Below, piece by piece: positions 29,033-37,171 of a stretch of 44,549 nucleotides of DNA. Position 1 is the stretch's first letter. The number at the start of each line of letters is the position of its first letter. Location: assembly GCA_964367075.1 (NCBI GenBank), contig CAYIWH010000003.1:1-44549 (forward strand). Direction: 5' to 3'. Made by a program: the position numbers and the translations under genes. The notes under the pieces were generated by a model. That model worked only from the letters and a program-made list of their open reading frames with translations. It was not told where the DNA came from and made no database searches. Source of the stretch: an uncultured Candidatus Saccharibacteria bacterium (GTDB taxonomy: Bacteria > Patescibacteriota > Minisyncoccia > UBA11713 > 2-01-FULL-45-33).

Positions 29033-29045
29033 GGTGTGCTACAAT
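29016..29045 (+). promoter_or_regulatory. Near-consensus sigma70 promoter TTGACA-N18-TACAAT with extended TG
   Basis: TTGACA 29016-29021; TGC-TACAAT 29037-29045. Confidence 0.7.
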
Positions 29046-29241
29046 AGCTTCAGGGTCAAGTTCCTACACGCACCCCTCAAGCCGAACACTGTGTTACTAA
29101 TAATTTGCTCTCTATGATACCACATACCGTGGATTTTTTTGTATTTATTTTTTTAATCTCATCTATAACTTTGAATTACGAAACTCCCTCAAATCACTTT
29201 TTATGCTAAAATAACAACAGGCTCTCTCTGAGCCCATTGTT

Positions 29242-29434
29242 ATGAAAACCGTCATTAAACTATTATGATGATATTGTAACAAAAGTTAAGTTTTTCTCAA
29301 AACAATTAAACTTGAAAATTAACAAAAACACTGGTCGACCACTAGCAATTAAACCAGAAGAAACGATCGCATACTCACTCTGCACGGTACCCATTTTCTT
29401 TACGAAATCGTGTTGCAAAAAGATTCGGAATTAA
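29242..29434 (+). pseudogene. Probable truncated, frameshifted DDE transposase N-terminus (IS982/IS5-like relic)
   Basis: ATG 29242 is out of frame by one base in an A-run with KPSLNYYDDIVTKVKFFSKQLNLKINKNTGRPLAIKPEETIAYSL; K-x-TGRP followed by a helix recalls transposase N-termini; no catalytic domain follows. Confidence 0.4.
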
Positions 29435-29581
29435 TATTGACTTGCTCGTTCGCGATTTGCCATGATAATAAAAATACATTCCAAAGATTGCCCAGAAAAT
29501 ATAGGGGCTTTTTTGTGACCTCTTGTGTTTTTTTGGGTTATCTACTAGGATATGCAGAGATTTCTCGAAAGGCAAAATATC

Positions 29582-30847
29582 ATGGCCCAAAGCCCTGAAG
29601 AAAAGCGCTTTTATGGTGTTCACAATAAAGCCGGCAAATTTCGACCAGGAGTAGACAAAATTTACTATGCACAAGCCGTTTATGGAGACGATGAGATTGC
29701 AGCAGTAGTCGAATGTTTGCAAAAAGGATGGCTTGGAATGGGGAGTTATGTTGCAAGATTTGAAGATGTTATTGCTAAAATTTTTGGGAAAACCCACGGT
29801 AAGGTAGTAAACTCTGGTTCGTCGGCGAATTATTTGGCACTCAAGATTTTGCATTTGCCGGAAGGGGGTGAAGTGATTACTCCTGCTTGCACGTTTGCAA
29901 CCACATACAGCACTATTTTGCTTAATAAATTAGTGCCTGTGGTCGCAGATTCTGTTTTGGGAACTTACAACCTAGATCTTTCAAAATTGGAATCAATGCT
30001 TTCTTCAAAAACTTGTGCGGTAATAGTTCCACATACTTTGGGAAATCTAAATGATATGAAAACTTTATCTGGTTTTTGCAAAGCGCACAATCTTTATTTT
30101 ATTGAGGATAGTTGTGATACAATCGGAGGAAAATTTGCTGGGGAACCAACCGGGTCATTAAGCGATATCACCACCTCAAGTTTCTATGCATCACACCATA
30201 TTACGGCTGGAGGGGGAGGGGGAATTATTTGTGTTTCTGATCCCGAACTTGCCCGTCATGTATATGCATATCGAGAGTGGGGGCGCGCAGCTCAAGATGA
30301 TGATGAGCACTTGGATCATCGATTTACTGAAGAACACACAGGAATACATTACGATAAGAAATTTACCTACACGCATATGGGGCACAATTTCAAGCCGGTT
30401 GAGATGATGTTTGCGTTCGGGCTGGTGCAATTACAAAGACTTGATGAAGTAATTCGTGTACGAAGGCAAAATTTTGATGCGCTTCGTGCCTTTTTTGCTC
30501 GTTATGAAGAGTTTTTTATTCTTCCAGAAGAACATCCAGACGCAGAAGTAACATGGCTTGCGTTTCCATTGACGATTCGAGACGGAGTACCATTTAGCCG
30601 TTTTGATATTCTTACGTTCATGGAAGACAGCAATATTCAGACACGACTTTTGTTTTCCGGTAATATTTTACGTCACCCTGCTTATAAAAATGAGCCTCAT
30701 CGAGTAGTGGGAGAGCTTATCAACGCTGATAAAATCATGCGAGATTCATTTGTCATTGGTGCGCACAATGGAATGAGTTTGGTAATGGTCGATTATATTA
30801 AAGAAATTGTAACCGAATTTTTGAAACCACATACAAGTAAGTTGTAA
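29582..30847 (+). CDS. PLP/PMP-dependent NDP-4-keto-6-deoxyhexose 3-dehydratase (RfbH/ColD-like)
   Basis: VNSGSSAN, PHTLGN, IEDSCD, SFYASHHITAGGGG (His at the catalytic Lys position), YDKKFTY, IQTRLLFSGNI; start ATG 29582. Confidence 0.85.
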   Translation: MAQSPEEKRFYGVHNKAGKFRPGVDKIYYAQAVYGDDEIAAVVECLQKGWLGMGSYVARFEDVIAKIFGKTHGKVVNSGSSANYLALKILHLPEGGEVITPACTFATTYSTILLNKLVPVVADSVLGTYNLDLSKLESMLSSKTCAVIVPHTLGNLNDMKTLSGFCKAHNLYFIEDSCDTIGGKFAGEPTGSLSDITTSSFYASHHITAGGGGGIICVSDPELARHVYAYREWGRAAQDDDEHLDHRFTEEHTGIHYDKKFTYTHMGHNFKPVEMMFAFGLVQLQRLDEVIRVRRQNFDALRAFFARYEEFFILPEEHPDAEVTWLAFPLTIRDGVPFSRFDILTFMEDSNIQTRLLFSGNILRHPAYKNEPHRVVGELINADKIMRDSFVIGAHNGMSLVMVDYIKEIVTEFLKPHTSKL

Positions 30848-30896
30848 ATTACCCAAAAATCCTTATACTAGAAATGTATAAGGATTTTATTTTATT

Positions 30897-32051
30897 ATGC
30901 GATTTATTTTTGAGAATATTTTTTTTCTTGTTGTGACATATGCAGGCGCGCCTTTGTGGTATAGCGTGATATTTATTCGTTCGTGTTTTGGTTACAATGC
31001 TGATGCTCCTAGAATTCTTATTATCCAAAGCGCGCGTATAGGTGATATGGTTTGTATCACGCCAGTGTTTCGCGAAATTAAAAAGAAATATCCAAAAGCG
31101 TATATTGCGACTCTCGTGGCCGAGCCTGCCGTTGGCGTGACTCTCCATAATCCATTTATAGATCAATTTTATTTTTATGATACATCAAATGATATTGTAG
31201 CGTCCGTGCTAGCATTTTTTCAAATTAAGCCGCTCACATACGACTATTCATTCAATTTTTTTCCAGGGAAATTGGGTAACGCGCTACCATTTTGGTTGGG
31301 CATACCACATCGTATTACAACGAAGATTGATGTTTCAAGTCGTACGCTCAAATTGCTTTTCCCATTTAGTAATTGTCAAGAACTTTATACAAAAGAAGAA
31401 TCTGCACCTCACCATCATTTAAAATTGCTACGCTACATTGGTATATCAAATCCTAGCGACAAAAGAGAAGTATTCACATATCCGGAGGCCGATGAAAAAG
31501 TAGCAAATATATTTCATACGCTTGCCATTGATCTGTCAAAAAAGAATATCGCCGTCAGCGTCGGATGTGGAAAGGATTTCCGCAAATGGCCGCTTGAACG
31601 GTTTGTTGCGCTTGCCGATAGGATCAGTGCTCAATACGGCGCGAACATTATTTTTACCGGAGGCGATGAGGACAAAGATGCGATACAACAGGCGTTATCA
31701 ATGATGCAACATCGTAACAATGTATTTGATGTTTCCGGCAAATTCTCGGTCGCGGAACTTCCGTCGTTTTTCAAAAAAATATCCCTTTTTATCTCAGTCA
31801 GTACCGGTCCTTTGTACATTGCCGATGCGATGGGCTGTGATACTATCGACATTATAGGTACCGATGCGGCGACCAATCAGGCACCGCAAGGAAATACGGT
31901 GATCGTTGAGCGCAGAGAGATAGCGCCATGTTCATATGTCATGTATCCTCCAACATGTTCGACACAACAAATCCGTGATCGTATGGATATCTCCGTCAAT
32001 ATGGTTTGGGATGCGGTACAAAAGATTTACAATAAAAAATATGTTCAATAA
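30897..32051 (+). CDS. GT9 (heptosyltransferase-like) glycosyltransferase
   Basis: ILIIQSARIGDMVCITPVFREIKKKYP, HNPFID, RKWPLERF, DVSGK, STGPLYIADAMG. Confidence 0.88.
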   Translation: MRFIFENIFFLVVTYAGAPLWYSVIFIRSCFGYNADAPRILIIQSARIGDMVCITPVFREIKKKYPKAYIATLVAEPAVGVTLHNPFIDQFYFYDTSNDIVASVLAFFQIKPLTYDYSFNFFPGKLGNALPFWLGIPHRITTKIDVSSRTLKLLFPFSNCQELYTKEESAPHHHLKLLRYIGISNPSDKREVFTYPEADEKVANIFHTLAIDLSKKNIAVSVGCGKDFRKWPLERFVALADRISAQYGANIIFTGGDEDKDAIQQALSMMQHRNNVFDVSGKFSVAELPSFFKKISLFISVSTGPLYIADAMGCDTIDIIGTDAATNQAPQGNTVIVERREIAPCSYVMYPPTCSTQQIRDRMDISVNMVWDAVQKIYNKKYVQ

Positions 32052-32733
32052 AATATTTCACAGACTCTGTAGTATTTTTGGATTGAAAGTATCAAGAATT
32101 CGCGACGAAAGTATTCCCGACCCAATACGTCCATGGGACACATCGCCGGATTTTGGCCTGCTGTATGGCAAAATTCAGGCATACACACTGGTGGATCAAA
32201 GACGTTGTTTTATGCTGTATCAATTTGTTCACTATGCGATATCGCTTGATGGCGAGATCGCAGAGATTGGTGTCTACAATGGGGGCACCGCAAAACTAAT
32301 ATCAAATATTCTCAAACGTACACAAAAAAAACTTTATATTTTTGATACGTTTTCCGGCATGCCGAAAACAGACGAGCAAAAAGATCTGCATCACGAGGGC
32401 GATTTCAAAGATACGTCGTTTGCCGCGGTGTCGGAATATTTGAAAGATACTCACAATGTGGTGGTTACCCAAGGATTTTTCCCGGAATCTGGAAATATTA
32501 TCTCAAATACACTGTTCTCACTGGTGCATATCGATGTAGATATATACAGATCCGTTCTTGATGTAGCATCTTTTTTCTATACTCGTATGACGCGTGGAGG
32601 TATCATGATATTTGATGATTACGGTTTTATCAGCTGTCCGGGAGCGAAACAAGCTGTTGATGAGTTTTTTGCATCGAGATTGGAGACGCCCATCTATTTG
32701 CCCACGGGGCAATGCCTAGTTATTAAATTATGA
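32041..32733 (+). CDS. TylF/MycF/NovP-family sugar O-methyltransferase
   Basis: EIGVYNGGT, FDTFSGMP, GFFPES, VHIDVDIY, IFDDYG...CPGAKQAVDEF; start ATG 32041. Confidence 0.9.
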   Translation: MFNKIFHRLCSIFGLKVSRIRDESIPDPIRPWDTSPDFGLLYGKIQAYTLVDQRRCFMLYQFVHYAISLDGEIAEIGVYNGGTAKLISNILKRTQKKLYIFDTFSGMPKTDEQKDLHHEGDFKDTSFAAVSEYLKDTHNVVVTQGFFPESGNIISNTLFSLVHIDVDIYRSVLDVASFFYTRMTRGGIMIFDDYGFISCPGAKQAVDEFFASRLETPIYLPTGQCLVIKL

Positions 32734-33632
32734 AATGCGTCGTTTGCGATGAAAACGATTTTCAGAAACACAATTCCATTCTCGGTCTGGAAGTGTGCCG
32801 CTCATGTGGATTTATACGAAAAAGAACGATCAATCTCGGGAAAGAATATTATCAGGAGCACAATGTCTACGAATCCGACCTTGGATCTGTGCCCAAAAGA
32901 GATGCGCGTCTGCGTGAAGTAAAACAGCGATTTGCAATCGTGTGTAGGCTCGCCGGTCCACTCGGCGGAAAAACGCTGCTGGAGATCGGTAGCCACGAAG
33001 GTTTGTTTTTAAACGAGGCGCTCAAAACGGGAATGACTGTTTTTGGCATTGAGCCAAATCGTAAAGCAGCGGCAACCGCTCAACAAAATGGCATTAATGT
33101 ATTTTGTGGGACACTAGAAGAATTCAAAACGGACCGCGCCTACGATGTTGTAGTACTTTTTCATGTGTTGGAACATTTTGAAGATCCAAGAGGCGCACTT
33201 GAAAAAATATATTCATTGATCAACCCCGGCGGTTTACTGGTGCTTGAGGTACCAAATATCGCAAGCTATCCGGCGTGCAAAAATGAAAAAAATTGGGAAT
33301 ATATCAACGATGAACATGTATCATATTTTTCTCCCGACACTATTAAAAAATTGCTGTTGTCCGTCGGATTTTCTTTCGGAGGCATTATACAAAGAGATTT
33401 TGACGAATGGAATGTCGGGATCGCGGAAAATTTACGGCGCATTGGAATATTAAACGCGCAAGTATCTATGACCGTGCAAAATGCGCATGCGATTGGCCAA
33501 AGCAAATATCCTATTCGTCGTACTTGCAGTTGGCTAGGGATAAAAAATATTGTGCGCTTTACATTATCATGTTTGGTGAAGTTGTTGAGGCGAGAACATT
33601 TCATGTTTGTCTACGCCAAAAAACCGCTGTGA
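32730..33632 (+). CDS. Class I SAM methyltransferase with N-terminal Zn-finger (CxxC...CxxC)
   Basis: CVVC...CRSCG, LEIGSHEG, GIEPN, FHVLEHF, LEVPN, EHVSYFS. Confidence 0.88.
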   Translation: MKCVVCDENDFQKHNSILGLEVCRSCGFIRKRTINLGKEYYQEHNVYESDLGSVPKRDARLREVKQRFAIVCRLAGPLGGKTLLEIGSHEGLFLNEALKTGMTVFGIEPNRKAAATAQQNGINVFCGTLEEFKTDRAYDVVVLFHVLEHFEDPRGALEKIYSLINPGGLLVLEVPNIASYPACKNEKNWEYINDEHVSYFSPDTIKKLLLSVGFSFGGIIQRDFDEWNVGIAENLRRIGILNAQVSMTVQNAHAIGQSKYPIRRTCSWLGIKNIVRFTLSCLVKLLRREHFMFVYAKKPL

Positions 33633-33664
33633 CATACATTGCCAATCGTTCGTTTTAAACAAAT

Positions 33665-34651
33665 ATGCAACAAAATACTGTCGATTTTTCATCGTTGGCT
33701 GGCAAATATATCGGTGTCATCGGAGATGTGATGCTGGACCATTTTGTATACGGAAATATTGAGCGCATATCTGCGGAGGCGCCGATACCTGTGGTGCTTT
33801 TTTTCGAGGAGAAATATTCTCCGGGAGGGGCGGCAAATTTGGCAAGCAATATCACAGCGCTAGGAAGCCATGCATCTCTTTTTGGTGTGACAGGCAATGA
33901 CTTAGCAAGCGGCAAACTATTCGGAGAGTTAGAAAAACAAAATATTGATATCAGCAACATTGCCATTGATATTGCGCGTCCTACCACGGAGAAAATGCGT
34001 ATTATCGGTGCCGACCGGCATCTTGCGCGTCTTGATAAAGAATCCGCGGAATACATATCGGGGCTGATCGAAAAAGAATTACTTGAAAAAATAGAACGTG
34101 AGATGCCACGCTTTGATGCGATAGTGATTTCAGATTACGCAAAAGGAGTGATTACAAAAACAATGGCAGGGCGCGTCACGCATCTGGCGCGCGAACGATC
34201 AATTCCAATTTTGGTGGATACGAAGCCGAAACATTTTTCGTTTTTCAAAAATGTTTCAGTGATTACTCCAAATAGGCAGGAAGCGGAGGGCATCGTCGGA
34301 AAGTCAATCGTTACCGACGAAGATATCAAACAGGCCGGTAGGATATTACAGGAACTTTCCCAGTCCCATATTGTCATGAAATTGAGTGTCGATGGGATTG
34401 CGTTGTTTGCACATGATGTCGTGGCGCGTATGCCGAGTTTTGCGTGTTGCGTGACGGATGTGGTGGGCGCGGGGGATACGGTTGTTGCGGTGCTTGCCAT
34501 TGCTCTTGCCGCAAAGGTTGATTTACAAGAAGCGGTGCGTATTGCAAACGCGGCTGCGGGCGTGGTAGTGGAGAAATCGGGCACTGCAGTAGTCTGTGTC
34601 GATGAAATAATGCATATGTTACAGGAACGCAAAGATATAAAACTTGCATGA
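33665..34651 (+). CDS. Heptose-7-phosphate kinase (RfaE/HldE domain I, PfkB family), stand-alone
   Basis: GDVMLDHFVYG..ERISAEAPIPV, PGGAANLASN, RPTTEKMR, ISDYAKG, TPNRQEA, DVVGAGDTV. Confidence 0.9.
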   Translation: MQQNTVDFSSLAGKYIGVIGDVMLDHFVYGNIERISAEAPIPVVLFFEEKYSPGGAANLASNITALGSHASLFGVTGNDLASGKLFGELEKQNIDISNIAIDIARPTTEKMRIIGADRHLARLDKESAEYISGLIEKELLEKIEREMPRFDAIVISDYAKGVITKTMAGRVTHLARERSIPILVDTKPKHFSFFKNVSVITPNRQEAEGIVGKSIVTDEDIKQAGRILQELSQSHIVMKLSVDGIALFAHDVVARMPSFACCVTDVVGAGDTVVAVLAIALAAKVDLQEAVRIANAAAGVVVEKSGTAVVCVDEIMHMLQERKDIKLA

Positions 34652-35913
34652 AAATTTTATTTTTAACCGATTTTATTCCTCCTCGCAGCATTGGAGGAGC
34701 CGCACAATCGGTCTGGCGCGTGGTACAGCAGCTACATGCGTGGGGGCACGAAGTATATGTTGTTGCGACTGTTCAAGAAAAGCAGTATGAGGGCCTGGAA
34801 AATCGCGATGGCATTGTTATCTATAACATTTACACAAATTACGATGACCGGTATCGGGCATGGGTCAGTATTTATAATACAGATACTATATCAAAGGTTG
34901 AGTCAATTCTTCGTGAAGTGTGCCCAGAAGTAATCCACGCGGATGTGATTCATTATTATCTTTCATACGCGACATTAAAAATAGCCCATAAATATGCGAA
35001 AAAAGTTTTTTTGACCGCGCGAGATTTTATGATGGTCTCATACGGCAAGCTTGAATTAAAAAACCACGAGTGCGGGAGTGAATATTTCAAAGTGCGTTGG
35101 TGGGACAATTTAAGACAGGCAAAAAAACGTTTCAATCCTTTTCGCAATATTATGATCCGCCATTATTTAAAATATGTAGATCAGATTTTTTCGAATAGCA
35201 AATCATTGGCCGATTTTTTGAGTATCAACAAGATTCCCGGAGTCGTGCCAATACACAATGGCCTGATCATGCGCGATGTGTCGGTAGAGCAATCGGAGAT
35301 AGACAACTTTAAAAAAACATATCGGATCGAAGGAGGGTCTTTGATTTTGTTCCCGGCGCGTGTGAGCCCTGCCAAGGGATTGTACGTGTTGATGGATGCG
35401 ATGAAAAAGGTGATTGTCAAAGTACCTAGTGCCACGCTTGCGGTCGTGGGTGTGCAAGAGCGTGATCAGGTTCCCGCCATGGAATATGCGCGTGATTTTG
35501 GTATAGAAAAAAATATGATTCTACTCGGATGGACCATCGGCCATGATCTGGATGTGGTGTATAGCGCTGCTGGCATGGTGTTGGTGCCGTCGCTTTATCC
35601 GGATCCTTTCCCGACGGTCAATCTGGATGCAGCGCTTTATAAAAAACCGGTGATTACAACATGTTTCGGAGGCGCAAAAGAGTTTGTTATAGACAATAAA
35701 ACCGGATATATTATTAATCCCTTTAACAATGATCTGCTTGTAGAAAAAATGATCGATTTGTTGCAGGATTCGGAAAAAACAAAACAATTTGGCTTTGCTG
35801 CGTATGATCGCTTGCGTACGGATTTCACCATAGAAAAACAAACCGAAAAATTGCTTCGATGGTACACCGGCGCTCTTATGCCCGGTAAAAGAAATAGCCC
35901 CGCAAAGCGCTGA
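34648..35913 (+). CDS. GT4 glycosyltransferase
   Basis: FIPPRSIGGA, IHNG, ARVSPAKG, PSLYPDPFPTVNLDAA..KKPVITTCFGG. Confidence 0.88.
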   Translation: MKILFLTDFIPPRSIGGAAQSVWRVVQQLHAWGHEVYVVATVQEKQYEGLENRDGIVIYNIYTNYDDRYRAWVSIYNTDTISKVESILREVCPEVIHADVIHYYLSYATLKIAHKYAKKVFLTARDFMMVSYGKLELKNHECGSEYFKVRWWDNLRQAKKRFNPFRNIMIRHYLKYVDQIFSNSKSLADFLSINKIPGVVPIHNGLIMRDVSVEQSEIDNFKKTYRIEGGSLILFPARVSPAKGLYVLMDAMKKVIVKVPSATLAVVGVQERDQVPAMEYARDFGIEKNMILLGWTIGHDLDVVYSAAGMVLVPSLYPDPFPTVNLDAALYKKPVITTCFGGAKEFVIDNKTGYIINPFNNDLLVEKMIDLLQDSEKTKQFGFAAYDRLRTDFTIEKQTEKLLRWYTGALMPGKRNSPAKR

Positions 35914-37111
35914 TCAAAAATCGCGTTGCCAAAAATCCCCACACGAGACCGACGAGTCCAAAATATTTTATAGAGACGAATATAATGATGATACGAAGCG
36001 ACGGGGAAATGATGTTGAGCTTAAACACAATGTCTTCTCGGCGGGATGTCTCTATAAAGTTGAACCACAGCCCTCCGAAATTAAGCGGCATCGCAAGTGC
36101 GAATATTTGCGAAAGATGGACATATTCACGATATGGCCGGAAAAAAATCGAAAAGATGAACGGTGCCGCTATGATATATACGATCGCAGCTCCCAAGAGT
36201 GTAAGGAACAACACGATCGATTTGCGTGTTGTTTCTTTTTTTACATACTGGTCGTGTATATCTTTCGTGGAAAATTTCGGCGTCGAAAGCGTAGTAAGAT
36301 ATTTCGGTATTACCTTTATTTGTTCTGGAAGTTTGCGGATGAACGCGTAGGCGGCCACCTCCACAGGACCGAGATAATGAAATAAAAGAATATTGTCTAT
36401 TTGTGCCGATACTGATGCGATAATTTCTATAATGCTTAATTTTTTTCCGTACGACAATGTTTTAGGATCTTGCAAGTTATTTGGTTTTTCAAGAATATAT
36501 ACATACCACAAACAAAGCGTGCGTATCAAGCTATTTACCATCATATATATCGTAATGATCCAAACAATATTTTTTGTCAATAATATGGTTGCTATTATTG
36601 CTAATGAGTGCGCACCGATGTTTATAAGTGAGAGCAATGACATTACTACAAAGTGTTTTTTCCCGATTAAGTAACCATTGTATATTGATGGCGGTTCGAA
36701 AAGAGGCACAAATAATGCCATAATAATTCCACTCAATGCGAGCGTTATATTGTCATTCAGATACCAGTATGTTGCTAGGGCAAGGCCAGCTAATGATCCC
36801 AAAAACCCCCATTTTATTTTTTCCAGCCAAACTTTGATCAAATCTCCCTCAAATCCTTTTGCCACGCTTATGGAAATGGAATCATCAATACGCGTAATGG
36901 TAGTAATTCCGAGTAACGCAAATATCGAAAGAATATATTGGTACAAACCGTATGTTTCTTTTGGCAATAGATTTGCAAATGCTATTGCGACTGCTAACGC
37001 TCCAACGATAGAACCCAAATGTTGCACGCCAAACCAAAAAAATCCACGCACAAGGTAGCGTACATCAGTACGAGCAATTTGTTCCAGCTTATTTATTGTC
37101 CATGTAATCAC
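35876..37111 (-). CDS. Wzx-type oligosaccharide flippase
   Basis: About 12 TMs; FANLLPKETYGLYQY and QIDNILLFHYLGPVEVAAY repeats typical of the MOP/Wzx family. Confidence 0.85.
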   Translation of the reverse strand: MITWTINKLEQIARTDVRYLVRGFFWFGVQHLGSIVGALAVAIAFANLLPKETYGLYQYILSIFALLGITTITRIDDSISISVAKGFEGDLIKVWLEKIKWGFLGSLAGLALATYWYLNDNITLALSGIIMALFVPLFEPPSIYNGYLIGKKHFVVMSLLSLINIGAHSLAIIATILLTKNIVWIITIYMMVNSLIRTLCLWYVYILEKPNNLQDPKTLSYGKKLSIIEIIASVSAQIDNILLFHYLGPVEVAAYAFIRKLPEQIKVIPKYLTTLSTPKFSTKDIHDQYVKKETTRKSIVLFLTLLGAAIVYIIAAPFIFSIFFRPYREYVHLSQIFALAMPLNFGGLWFNFIETSRREDIVFKLNIISPSLRIIIIFVSIKYFGLVGLVWGFLATRFLISALRGYFFYRA

Positions 37112-37171
37112 AAGTATCTATTATAACGCATTTTTTTGCATTTTAGTTTTATTTTTGATAGGATGAAATTT

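Noticed and set aside
29490-29514. GCCC...GGGC-TTTTTT terminator upstream of the dehydratase
   Set aside because: A 4-bp stem with an 11-nt loop is too weak to call
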